Shown here: piece after piece, positions 48,240-56,083 of the stretch
Position numbering within the stretch: the first letter of the stretch is position 1
Layout: every line of letters starts with the position of its first letter
Virus record (IMG/VR): IMGVR_UViG_3300027710_000010
Location: 213,763 to 277,762 of that record
Reading direction: 5' to 3' (one strand)
Length of the DNA stretch: 64,000 nt
DNA from: a virus
Taxonomy: Duplodnaviria; Heunggongvirae; Uroviricota; Caudoviricetes
Position numbers and translations under genes: made by a program
The notes under the pieces: model-generated
What the model was told of the DNA's origin: nothing
Database searches by the model: none
What the model saw: only the letters and a program-made list of their open reading frames with translations

Positions 48240-48812
48240 TTACCAACGTTTCATAACTTCACGTAGACTTTCATAAGTTATGTGTCGAAAGTTGGGATAA
48301 TGCCAATCGGGCTCGTGGTAATTATTGTCTACTACTCGGTAATATTTAGTATTTTTATTATCGCGTATAACCATTTCAGTCTGTCTAGTCCAGTTGCCAA
48401 AGAATGTTGCAGGGTCAGATGATTTTTTATAGTTAGGTGTATCAGCAAATACATTATTAACTAAACCGTTGTCACCATGAAAGTCAAATCCAAATATATA
48501 AACTTCTTGTGGGTTGTGACTGGTTGCTAAGTGTAGTGCAGTAGGTCCGCTACTCCAACCTAGACTGGGATTAAAGTAATTAAATCCTTGAAATGTCTTG
48601 TATCTACTATTAGGATTAGTCCACACTTGGTGTCTTAATTGATACTTAGATTCTTCTATTTCCACAATCATCTTAGGATCAACAGCTATCAAGTAATCAG
48701 GTGCAAACTCTCTGTAAACAGCATTACAGGCATAGACTTTGCCGTAGGGCTTTACTTCTTCAAATTTAATATTAAGGCGGCTCTTGCCATTACCAAAGAC
48801 AAAACTTCTCAT
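48240..48812 (-). CDS. Putative nucleotide-sugar transferase (CstII/DUF115-like fold)
   Basis: VFGNGKSR...ACNAVY...PDYLIAVD...WSSG..ALHLA...VYIFGFDF resembles the GNGPS / CN / TSG / IYLSGIDF pattern of CstII- and Maf-type proteins. Confidence 0.5.
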   Translation of the reverse strand: MRSFVFGNGKSRLNIKFEEVKPYGKVYACNAVYREFAPDYLIAVDPKMIVEIEESKYQLRHQVWTNPNSRYKTFQGFNYFNPSLGWSSGPTALHLATSHNPQEVYIFGFDFHGDNGLVNNVFADTPNYKKSSDPATFFGNWTRQTEMVIRDNKNTKYYRVVDNNYHEPDWHYPNFRHITYESLREVMKRW

Positions 48813-48828
48813 ATAGAGAATTTATCTT

Positions 48829-49068
48829 TTACGACGCTGGAGGAGGTACAGTTCCGTACATTTCATGCACAAAACCTAGTTCTTCTTCTTGTTCTAGTAT
48901 ATGTGCTTCGGAACTTTTACGTAGTTCATTTATTTGCTTAAGAGTCAAACGTGTCTTGCGTGTGTCACTGCGCTGTAGTTCTTCAATATCTCTTGCCGCA
49001 TCAAAGCGAAAGTCATTGCTGACTCTTCGCGTTTCTGGATCTAGATAAAATAATTCTCTTAATATCAT
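48829..49068 (-). CDS. Small head-module protein
   Basis: 79 aa directly after the portal gene; DTRKTRLTLKQINELRK. Confidence 0.6.
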   Translation of the reverse strand: MILRELFYLDPETRRVSNDFRFDAARDIEELQRSDTRKTRLTLKQINELRKSSEAHILEQEEELGFVHEMYGTVPPPAS

Positions 49069-49073
49069 ATGAT

Positions 49074-49081
49074 TATTTATC
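49074..49081 (-). promoter_or_regulatory. Late promoter (GATAAATA) 5 nt from an ATG
   Basis: Minus strand TGATAAATAATCATATG; overlaps the portal stop codon; no SD sequence. Confidence 0.55.
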
Positions 49082-50795
49082 AGGCTGCTGGTGGCGCAGC
49101 TGGAGCCGTTGGTACTGCTCCTGCCTCAGCTCCTGGTACACCTTCAGCTGGTGCAACTTCTTCTGGAGCTGTAGTATCACCTAATTCTAAATCACTGTCA
49201 ATACCTGCGGCACTTATGCCTACACTACGTAATTCACCGCTAGCATCTGTGCCAGTGATAGTAGAAGTTCCCTTCTCTTCACGCCACAAGCGTTCGTTTT
49301 CTGCCATCTCTTCATCAGTAATACCTAAGAATCGTTTCATAGCAAAGCGTTTACTAATATATGGAACAGCTTGAATAGTATTAAAGGTGTTAATACGTTG
49401 TCCATCTACTTCTGCTTGACGGTATGCCGCAAAGTTTTGTGGTGGTTGGAACTTGATTTCAAACAAACTGCTGTCAATATTGACGCCTCTACTGTACAAG
49501 TAACGTTTAAATTCTTGATCAAATACACTTGTAATCAAACTTTGTAGACGCATACAGTAATTGTTAAAGCGCAATTCTTGAATGTATGCTGTACCAACAC
49601 GTCCGTCATTGTATTGTGCTTGACTATCATCTGCACCAGTTGGCAAATAGCTACTTGGAATGCGTAATGCACGGAATAACTTGTTGGTAAAGTACTTCAA
49701 GTCATCAATTTCGCCTAAATTAGTACCGCCAGGTAGTGTTTCAACTTTACTACCACGACCGCCTTCTGTTTGTGGGAAGAAATAATCTTCGTTAATACTT
49801 AATGGATTGTAAGCACTGTCAATAACGTTCTGTCCACCGCCTGTTTGGCTTGGAATACGACGTTGGTGGATCTCATTCTTTACACGTTCCACGAAACTCA
49901 TAGCCATGTGGCTTGGCATATTACCTACGTCAATGTAGAAAATACGTCTTTCTGGAGCACGTTGTATACGATAGATTAGAATAGCGTCTTCAAGCAGTTC
50001 TTTTTGCTTGTAAACTTTAAACACTTGTTCTAATAAACTGTTTCCAAACGGAAAATTATTATCTAAGCCTTCACTTAGACTTAGATGGATAACGTGTGCG
50101 GCATCTACAGCTAATTCGTTTTCGCCTATGCTAAATCTATCACCTGATGATTGTGGGAAAGCGCCAGTCATGCCTTTACCAAAGCCGCCGCCATTAACAT
50201 AATTGCTTCCGCGATTGTTTGTGGAAATATTACTTGGCTGTATTTGTGTAGCAACTAGATGTTGAAAGTTTGGAGCTAGATCTCTAATAACGTACTGTTC
50301 AGGCTTCTTGCCTTCACTTTCATTAACAATAATCTTAACTACTTTACCTGGATCAACATAAAACCATTTGTTAGTTTCTGGATCTCTAACAAAAAATGCA
50401 TCACCGTACTTGAATGTGTTACGAACTATTCTAAAAAAGCGTGTTTCAAACAGTTGTAACTTACTCCACTGCTGTAAATATTCACGCAACACACGAATTT
50501 CTGTGCTGGTTGCTTTACTTTTAAAACTTAAACTAAAGCTAGTGTTGTTTTCTTTGTTCTTTTGACTGCAAAACTCTGCTAAAATATCTAAAGCCGCATT
50601 AACTTCCGGATCCATATCCATAGTGTCATACTGCATGTATCTTTCAACACGATTTGGACTACCTGTGTAGACATCTGGCAAGTAACTGCTGTAGTTTGTT
50701 CTAGCTGGGCCAGCTTTGCTTGAATTTGATAACGAACTAACGTTACCCATTCCGCTATTAGCTGGTGCTGGTGTAAAATATTTTTTCCAACTCAT
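49080..50795 (-). CDS. gp20: Portal protein (T4 gp20-like)
   Basis: LLEDAILIYRIQRAPERRIFYIDVGNMP, EDYFFP..EGGRGSKVETLPGG.NLGEIDD..YF..KLFRALRIP motifs. Confidence 0.97.
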   Translation of the reverse strand: MSWKKYFTPAPANSGMGNVSSLSNSSKAGPARTNYSSYLPDVYTGSPNRVERYMQYDTMDMDPEVNAALDILAEFCSQKNKENNTSFSLSFKSKATSTEIRVLREYLQQWSKLQLFETRFFRIVRNTFKYGDAFFVRDPETNKWFYVDPGKVVKIIVNESEGKKPEQYVIRDLAPNFQHLVATQIQPSNISTNNRGSNYVNGGGFGKGMTGAFPQSSGDRFSIGENELAVDAAHVIHLSLSEGLDNNFPFGNSLLEQVFKVYKQKELLEDAILIYRIQRAPERRIFYIDVGNMPSHMAMSFVERVKNEIHQRRIPSQTGGGQNVIDSAYNPLSINEDYFFPQTEGGRGSKVETLPGGTNLGEIDDLKYFTNKLFRALRIPSSYLPTGADDSQAQYNDGRVGTAYIQELRFNNYCMRLQSLITSVFDQEFKRYLYSRGVNIDSSLFEIKFQPPQNFAAYRQAEVDGQRINTFNTIQAVPYISKRFAMKRFLGITDEEMAENERLWREEKGTSTITGTDASGELRSVGISAAGIDSDLELGDTTAPEEVAPAEGVPGAEAGAVPTAPAAPPAA

Positions 50796-50797
50796 TA

Positions 50798-53296
50798 TTA
50801 AGTCCTGTCATGAGCGTTACCGCTCATTGCCTTAGTTGCTTTTACTTGCTGTGTTAGCTTACTACTCATTCCTTCGATTGAGTTATATACTTTATTCATA
50901 GTAGTATTTAAGCTAGACATGAGCTTAACCATGTCGTCTTGACTAGCTTCTTTAGTCGTTGTACCAGTTTTTCTGTCTGCTGTATCCTTAGTTTGGGCAA
51001 CATCAGCTGGTTTCTTTTCTTCTGGTTTCTTTTCTTCTGCTTTCTTTTCAGCAGCCTTAGTTGCTGCCGGGATAGTGTCTGCTTGCGGCTTAGCTGTAAT
51101 TTTTGGCATGCCATCTGAACCAATTGATATTGATCCCATGCTTGGCATTTGAAATTTTGGTTTTTCTTTTGGTAATGCTGAGCCTGCTTTAGCAGATAAT
51201 ACGTTTGAAACTTCTTTTTGTACTGCGCTAACTTCTTCAGAACTTTTAGCTATACTGCTACCTAAGTCGTCAAACGAAGAACCAAAGTCATCGCCCACAT
51301 CATCAAACGATGACACTAGGTCTCCCATAGAACTATCAATAACTTTTGTTAAATTGTCTTTGGCTGACTTTAATTCTTCTGCAAGTTTCTCATGTTGCTC
51401 GTCAAGCTCTTGATCTGTACCTTCATTCCACAGTTTAGTCAAACGTTCTTGCGCGGCTTCTTTCTTTTTAATTGCTTCGTCAATGGCTGCTTGAGCTTTT
51501 TCATTAGAATTAACAGAACTTGCTCCAGGCGCCGCACTAACACTTGTTGAAATTTGTTTTGCAATGCCGCCCAAGTCAATTGATGCTGTATCTGATTTCA
51601 TCTTAGGCATAGACTTGGCCATTTCTTGTACAGCACTAGCCATGCCATCAGTTTTTGCGCCCATCATAAACTTTTGCGCTTGGTCTGGTGTTAATACCAT
51701 TTCACCTTTTGCTACTTTACCAATAAAGTCAGCAGGTTCAAACGGTTGTCCAGTCTTTCCTAACGTGCCTTCATCTCTTGTTGGCACGGCTTCCTTATTC
51801 ATGTTGTATACTTTCATAGCATCACCAACAAAGTTTGTGGCTTTTAATGCTACGTCGCCAGCACCCTGTAGTGCGCCTCCAACTACTTTATCTGTTGCTT
51901 GAACTGCTTTATCTACACCTAACTGTGTTGCTACTGCTTCAATTTTTTCTCTAGCACTGGCTGGCGCCTTAGATGCTCCGCCCATTTGTGCTTGATTAGC
52001 CAATGCAGTACTGTATGCGCCAGCAGTATCCTTAGCAGTATCGCCTGCTCGAACACCTTGACTTGCACTTTGACTAAATTTTAATCCTGCTTTGTTAATT
52101 TCGCCTTCATTTAATGGCTTAACAACTTTGTTTGCTACTGCGGCAGCGGCATCTTGCAGTCTAGCCTGCACAGTAATCATTGCCGACGTGGCACCGTGAC
52201 GTGCTTGTTGCTCGTCTTGTATTGCTTTCTTCTGTGCGCCCAATACTTTAACAGTATCTTCCATAGCAAGGCCCATTGCTTTGGCAGTTTTGGCAGCGCC
52301 GTGATAAGCGGCATCATTTGATTCAATGTTTTTCTTCATTACATCGGCTGCTGGGCCAACACCTGCCGCGGTAATGTTTAATAATGCCACGTTCTTTTGA
52401 TTGGCCAAGTTACCAACTTTGGCTGTTTCCATTGATGCTTGACTAGCTTCAATGTTGCCTTTGCTCAATGCTTTGGCAGATTCTGCTGTGCCTCTGGCTG
52501 CTTCACCTAGCAGACCCATTTGCATTGCGGCTTCTTGACTGCGAACAGTTCCTGTAGCAAACATTTCTTTAAACACTTGCCCTGTGCCCATTGCTTCAGC
52601 TTGTGCTAACTGTTTTGCAAATCCTTCACGAGCTGTTTTTTCAGCTTCAGCACCTTGAGTAAGACCAATTAATCGCATCTTAGCTTCAATCTGTCCATCA
52701 GATTTAGCTTTATCCAGTGCGGCTTCTTGTTCTTTACGTGTCTTACCTGTTTGTTTAGCAATGAGATCCATCTCTGTAGCTAAGTCAGCGGCAGCTTGTG
52801 CAGTTCTAACCTGTCCTGCTACACTAGTATCTGTTGTAGACTTTTGAAATCCAATCTGACTAGCAAGAACTTCATTTAAATCTTTGCTGGTGTAACCCAT
52901 TTGACGTAAATTCTCTGCAACGCCACTGTCAAAGAAAGTTTTACTAAATTCTGTAAAGGCCATTCCGCCTTTTGCAACGCTACCGCCTAATCCAGCAAAG
53001 CTCTTACCAACTTCGCCGTTATTTTTGGTCATCATACCGGAGAAATCATCAAAGCTCATGCGGGTATTAGCCGCGGCAACTTTCATTCCAATGATATCGT
53101 TGTTAAAACTATTGCCAGTTTCACTTAGTTTGTTAAATGCACCTGTACTGTCTTCAACATATTTGGTGGCTGCTTTTAATGGTTCCGTGAACTTTTTAAG
53201 TGCATCACCTGCTGGACCTGCGTCAATACCGCCACCAGATCCCCCGCGTCCTTTGTTGACTGCGTCTGCTAACTTGTCATAATCAATGTCTGCCAT
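50798..53296 (-). CDS. Putative tail tape measure protein
   Basis: 832 aa, Ala/Lys/Gln/Met-rich, helical-looking; adjacent to the gp26/gp51-like genes. Confidence 0.6.
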   Translation of the reverse strand: MADIDYDKLADAVNKGRGGSGGGIDAGPAGDALKKFTEPLKAATKYVEDSTGAFNKLSETGNSFNNDIIGMKVAAANTRMSFDDFSGMMTKNNGEVGKSFAGLGGSVAKGGMAFTEFSKTFFDSGVAENLRQMGYTSKDLNEVLASQIGFQKSTTDTSVAGQVRTAQAAADLATEMDLIAKQTGKTRKEQEAALDKAKSDGQIEAKMRLIGLTQGAEAEKTAREGFAKQLAQAEAMGTGQVFKEMFATGTVRSQEAAMQMGLLGEAARGTAESAKALSKGNIEASQASMETAKVGNLANQKNVALLNITAAGVGPAADVMKKNIESNDAAYHGAAKTAKAMGLAMEDTVKVLGAQKKAIQDEQQARHGATSAMITVQARLQDAAAAVANKVVKPLNEGEINKAGLKFSQSASQGVRAGDTAKDTAGAYSTALANQAQMGGASKAPASAREKIEAVATQLGVDKAVQATDKVVGGALQGAGDVALKATNFVGDAMKVYNMNKEAVPTRDEGTLGKTGQPFEPADFIGKVAKGEMVLTPDQAQKFMMGAKTDGMASAVQEMAKSMPKMKSDTASIDLGGIAKQISTSVSAAPGASSVNSNEKAQAAIDEAIKKKEAAQERLTKLWNEGTDQELDEQHEKLAEELKSAKDNLTKVIDSSMGDLVSSFDDVGDDFGSSFDDLGSSIAKSSEEVSAVQKEVSNVLSAKAGSALPKEKPKFQMPSMGSISIGSDGMPKITAKPQADTIPAATKAAEKKAEEKKPEEKKPADVAQTKDTADRKTGTTTKEASQDDMVKLMSSLNTTMNKVYNSIEGMSSKLTQQVKATKAMSGNAHDRT

Positions 53297-53320
53297 ATTT
53301 TTCCACCAGAAAACTACGTA

Positions 53321-53328
53321 TATAAATA
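53321..53328 (+). promoter_or_regulatory. T4 late promoter TATAAATA (for the gp26-like gene)
   Basis: Exact consensus, upstream of GGAG RBS and ATG 53356. Confidence 0.75.
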
Positions 53329-53337
53329 CCTATGTTA

Positions 53338-53346
53338 TATTTATCG
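53338..53346 (-). promoter_or_regulatory. Late promoter CGATAAATA (for tape measure and portal genes)
   Basis: Same variant as at 7225, 22648, 44247 and 55159. Confidence 0.7.
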
Positions 53347-53355
53347 GAGTAGAAT

Positions 53356-54198
53356 ATGAACCCAAATAACCCGTTACAGAAGTATTATAGACAAGCTAGG
53401 ATTTACATGGCATTACCTAGCAAGGGTTTATTTTATCCACCAGGCGCACTACAAGGTGATTACAATAATGTGCCAATTTTTGGCATGACTGGCATGGATG
53501 AAATTATCTTTAAGACACCTGATGCGCTGTTTAACGGTGAGGCTACTACAAAAGTTATCGAAAGTTGTTGCCCATACATTAAAGATGCATCAAGTATGCC
53601 CAGCACTGACGTAGATGCACTACTTGTTGGTATTAGAATTGCTACTTATGGCAATGAAATGGAACTTGTTCACACTTGTCCTAACTGTAGTACTGAAAAT
53701 GATTTTGTTGTTAACTTGCAAACCATATTAGATTACTTTGGTAGTTTAACATTTGACGGTAAAATTAAGATTGACGAGTTGACTATTAATATTAGACCAC
53801 TGGCCTATAATGAAATAACCAAGTTCAACATGGAAAATTACAAGCTACAAAAAATGTTATATCAGTTAAGCAAGGCAGAAAACGCAGGTGATGACGATGC
53901 CATGTCTAAAATACAAGATGACATTTACAAACGCATTGCTGAAATGCAAATAGAGTTGTTTTTGACCAGTATTGAAAGTGTACAAATGGAAGACGGGTCA
54001 ACAGTTGATGATGAAACTTACATTAAAGAATGGTTAGAAAATACTGAACGTCAATTCTTTAAAAAGATCAAGCAAAAGTTGGAAGCAAACAAGACCATGT
54101 GGGACATGCCTCAACAACACATTGTTTGTACTTCATGCAGTCACGAATCAGATGTTAGTATTACGCTGGATCAAGCAAATTTTTTCGACAAAAGCTGA
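53356..54198 (+). CDS. Baseplate hub assembly protein (T4 gp26-like)
   Basis: LPSKG, DVDALLVGIRIATYG, CPNC and CTSC metal-binding pairs, C-terminal NFF. Confidence 0.75.
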   Translation: MNPNNPLQKYYRQARIYMALPSKGLFYPPGALQGDYNNVPIFGMTGMDEIIFKTPDALFNGEATTKVIESCCPYIKDASSMPSTDVDALLVGIRIATYGNEMELVHTCPNCSTENDFVVNLQTILDYFGSLTFDGKIKIDELTINIRPLAYNEITKFNMENYKLQKMLYQLSKAENAGDDDAMSKIQDDIYKRIAEMQIELFLTSIESVQMEDGSTVDDETYIKEWLENTERQFFKKIKQKLEANKTMWDMPQQHIVCTSCSHESDVSITLDQANFFDKS

Positions 54199-54419
54199 TT
54201 TACACCCCGGACTCTGAATTAGAACAGTTCATCAGAGGTTATGATACCTACGTGAGGGACATTAAGGACGAGATTTTCCGTATCAGCTGGTATATGCGAG
54301 GTGGAGTATCTAGCTATGACTTGTTTTATGTCTATAGCAGAGACGATCGAATTATAATGAATGAGATTGTCAAAGACAATATTGAATTGACTAAGAAAAG
54401 CGGCTTGCCTATCTTATAA
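54180..54419 (+). CDS. gp51-like ORF in the -1 frame of the gp26-like gene (not in ORF track)
   Basis: Manual translation: FFRQKLIYTPDSELEQFIRGYDTYVRDIKDEIFRISWYMRGGVSSYDLFYVYSRDDRIIMNEIVKDNIELTKKSGLPIL*; first in-frame GTG at 54252, first ATG at 54294. Confidence 0.7.
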   Translation, partial: FFRQKLIYTPDSELEQFIRGYDTYVRDIKDEIFRISWYMRGGVSSYDLFYVYSRDDRIIMNEIVKDNIELTKKSGLPIL

Positions 54420-55151
54420 AGTAGATCCTGCACGACTAGTGCCTTTGAATGGATCTGCAAAAGCCCCGCCTACTGCCTTGCCCATTGTACCCATTGGATC
54501 ATTAGCGTCAGCAGGTGCATCAGCTTTTTGTTTGTTGAGTACAGCCGCATTGCCAGTACCAGTTGCCACTTGAGCAACTGCTTTGGCAGCACCAAACACA
54601 TCTCCAGCAATTTCAGGAATAGTTCCTACACCTGTAATCATAGAACCAAATGTGTCTGTAAGCCATTTTTTACCAGCATCAGTTGTCCACCATAACAACA
54701 ATGCGGCTTCTGCGCCCTTGTAAGACAGCTGGCGTGTTATAGCGGCTGCTCCAGGAGCTTTGAATTTGTGTAATATCCATGGAAGAAATTTAAAAATCTT
54801 CGTTAACATTATTTTATTACCTGCCCACATGACAACTTTGGGGCCTAGTACAGCAACAATAAATTGTCCACGAAGTGTTCTTAATTTTTCTTCGTAATCT
54901 GGAGCTTTCTTGTCCAACTCAGATACTTTTATATTGTAATTGATGATCTCTTTTACAATGTCCAATGCATAAAACAACTTCATTGTTTGACTGCCATAAT
55001 GACTGGCTACTAATTCAGCAGCCTGAGCAGCCCTAGCAGATTTACTCGCAGCCTTAGTAGCGGCAGCGCCACTCCTAGTTAATGCTTTAAACCCATTAGC
55101 GATCCAACCTTCTTGAGTTTTCTGTTCTGATATAATGTCGTGGATATTCAT
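54414..55151 (-). CDS. Late protein of unknown function, candidate internal/ejected virion protein
   Basis: Start reassigned to ATG 55151 (MNIHDIISE), 7 nt after a late promoter; Ala-rich with hydrophobic segments. Confidence 0.55.
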   Translation of the reverse strand: MNIHDIISEQKTQEGWIANGFKALTRSGAAATKAASKSARAAQAAELVASHYGSQTMKLFYALDIVKEIINYNIKVSELDKKAPDYEEKLRTLRGQFIVAVLGPKVVMWAGNKIMLTKIFKFLPWILHKFKAPGAAAITRQLSYKGAEAALLLWWTTDAGKKWLTDTFGSMITGVGTIPEIAGDVFGAAKAVAQVATGTGNAAVLNKQKADAPADANDPMGTMGKAVGGAFADPFKGTSRAGSTL

Positions 55152-55158
55152 AATAGTA

Positions 55159-55167
55159 TATTTATCG
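55159..55167 (-). promoter_or_regulatory. Late promoter CGATAAATA
   Basis: Recurrent motif variant. Confidence 0.65.
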
Positions 55168-55169
55168 TT

Positions 55170-55654
55170 TTGATGTGAGCTAACGCTCACATGTGTTTGC
55201 GTTCAGCTAAAGCTTCACTTAAACACATTTCTTTCAGTTAAAACTATTTAGATGAATTAACTGCGAAGCAGTTTAAATATTATCTAGATTGTTTAGTCAC
55301 ACTTGGCCCTGGCGGGCCAAAGTTTTGAACATTATCTGAGTTGCATAGTTCACTTAGCGTTATGGCATTACAGAGGCGGTCATCCTGTACCTCGAGCCAT
55401 GTCTTTATATGACGGCGGTTTGTGTCGTATACGCTAACATACACACAAACGTAGGGAATACTATCCCTTCATTTAGCCTTTTGAAATTGTCTTTAAACAG
55501 CAAAACCAGTTGTACGAAGGCGTATCTGATCATCGTCCTGTTAAGGATAGTTACTGAGTACTCTTGGCGGCTAGAGTTTTCCGTCCCTCTTATTATCGAG
55601 TTGTCATAGGCGTCTGAAATTTGCCGACGCTTGCTTATTACCGCTTGTTGTGCC
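55170..55654. ncRNA. Large structured non-coding element (candidate ncRNA and/or structured DNA origin)
   Basis: Largest gene-free gap in the window, with >=10 inverted repeats, a 7-bp loop-to-strand pseudoknot pairing and a triple-repeated motif; family not recognised. Confidence 0.6.
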
Positions 55655-56080
55655 TTAAGATTTTAGTATATGGGAGCCGTGGACGCGAACTTGAATGTGC
55701 CCATTGTAGTAGTCGTCGCGTTCAAGAACTCGTCTTGCGAATTGTTCTCTTGCTTCAACGTATGAGCATTCAGCCTTTGATTTGCAGTAATATAGAATTT
55801 CTCTTGAGAAGTTTTCTTGGCCTAATGTGTCTATGTCTTTTTGAAGATTAGGACTACTTCCGTAGTACTCACGCCAGTCAGAATCTATCTTACTGCGTAT
55901 CTTCTTTTTCTTCTTTGAGCCATTCTTTAATTTTACTGTTTTATAAGTAGTCTTTGAGAATTTGGCGAGCTTTTTGCCTATATACTTGCGTCCAGATGTG
56001 AGATTAGTTATGAGATAGACAAATCCAATACAATCTTCAGGTAATGATTCCACTATTGTATCTTGATAAGTCCATTGCAT
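55655..56080 (-). CDS. GIY-YIG endonuclease (T4 EndoII/Seg-like single domain)
   Basis: GFVYLITN...RKYIGKK, YYGSS, REIL, E...QF, YYN motifs. Confidence 0.9.
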   Translation of the reverse strand: MQWTYQDTIVESLPEDCIGFVYLITNLTSGRKYIGKKLAKFSKTTYKTVKLKNGSKKKKKIRSKIDSDWREYYGSSPNLQKDIDTLGQENFSREILYYCKSKAECSYVEAREQFARRVLERDDYYNGHIQVRVHGSHILKS

Positions 56081-56083
56081 CAA

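Noticed and set aside
1695-53282. Numerous plus-strand ORFs of 60-206 aa (Pro/Val/Thr-rich) in the ORF track
   Set aside because: They are antisense shadows of long Gly/Thr-rich minus-strand genes (GGN reads as NCC, giving poly-Pro), and I saw no supporting RBS or promoter
55170-55654. tRNA, tmRNA, RNase P RNA or CRISPR array
   Set aside because: No cloverleaf with T-loop and CCA end, no recognisable tmRNA or RNase P signature, and no regularly spaced identical repeats
55409-55851. Plus-strand ORFs 55409..55609 and 55621..55851
   Set aside because: No convincing RBS or protein-like motifs; one lies within the structured element and the other is antisense to the GIY-YIG gene
55170-56080. Group I intron with a homing endonuclease
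   Set aside because: No interrupted host gene on either side, no recognisable P/Q/R/S core, and the GIY-YIG protein lacks the extra C-terminal DNA-binding domains of I-TevI-type enzymes
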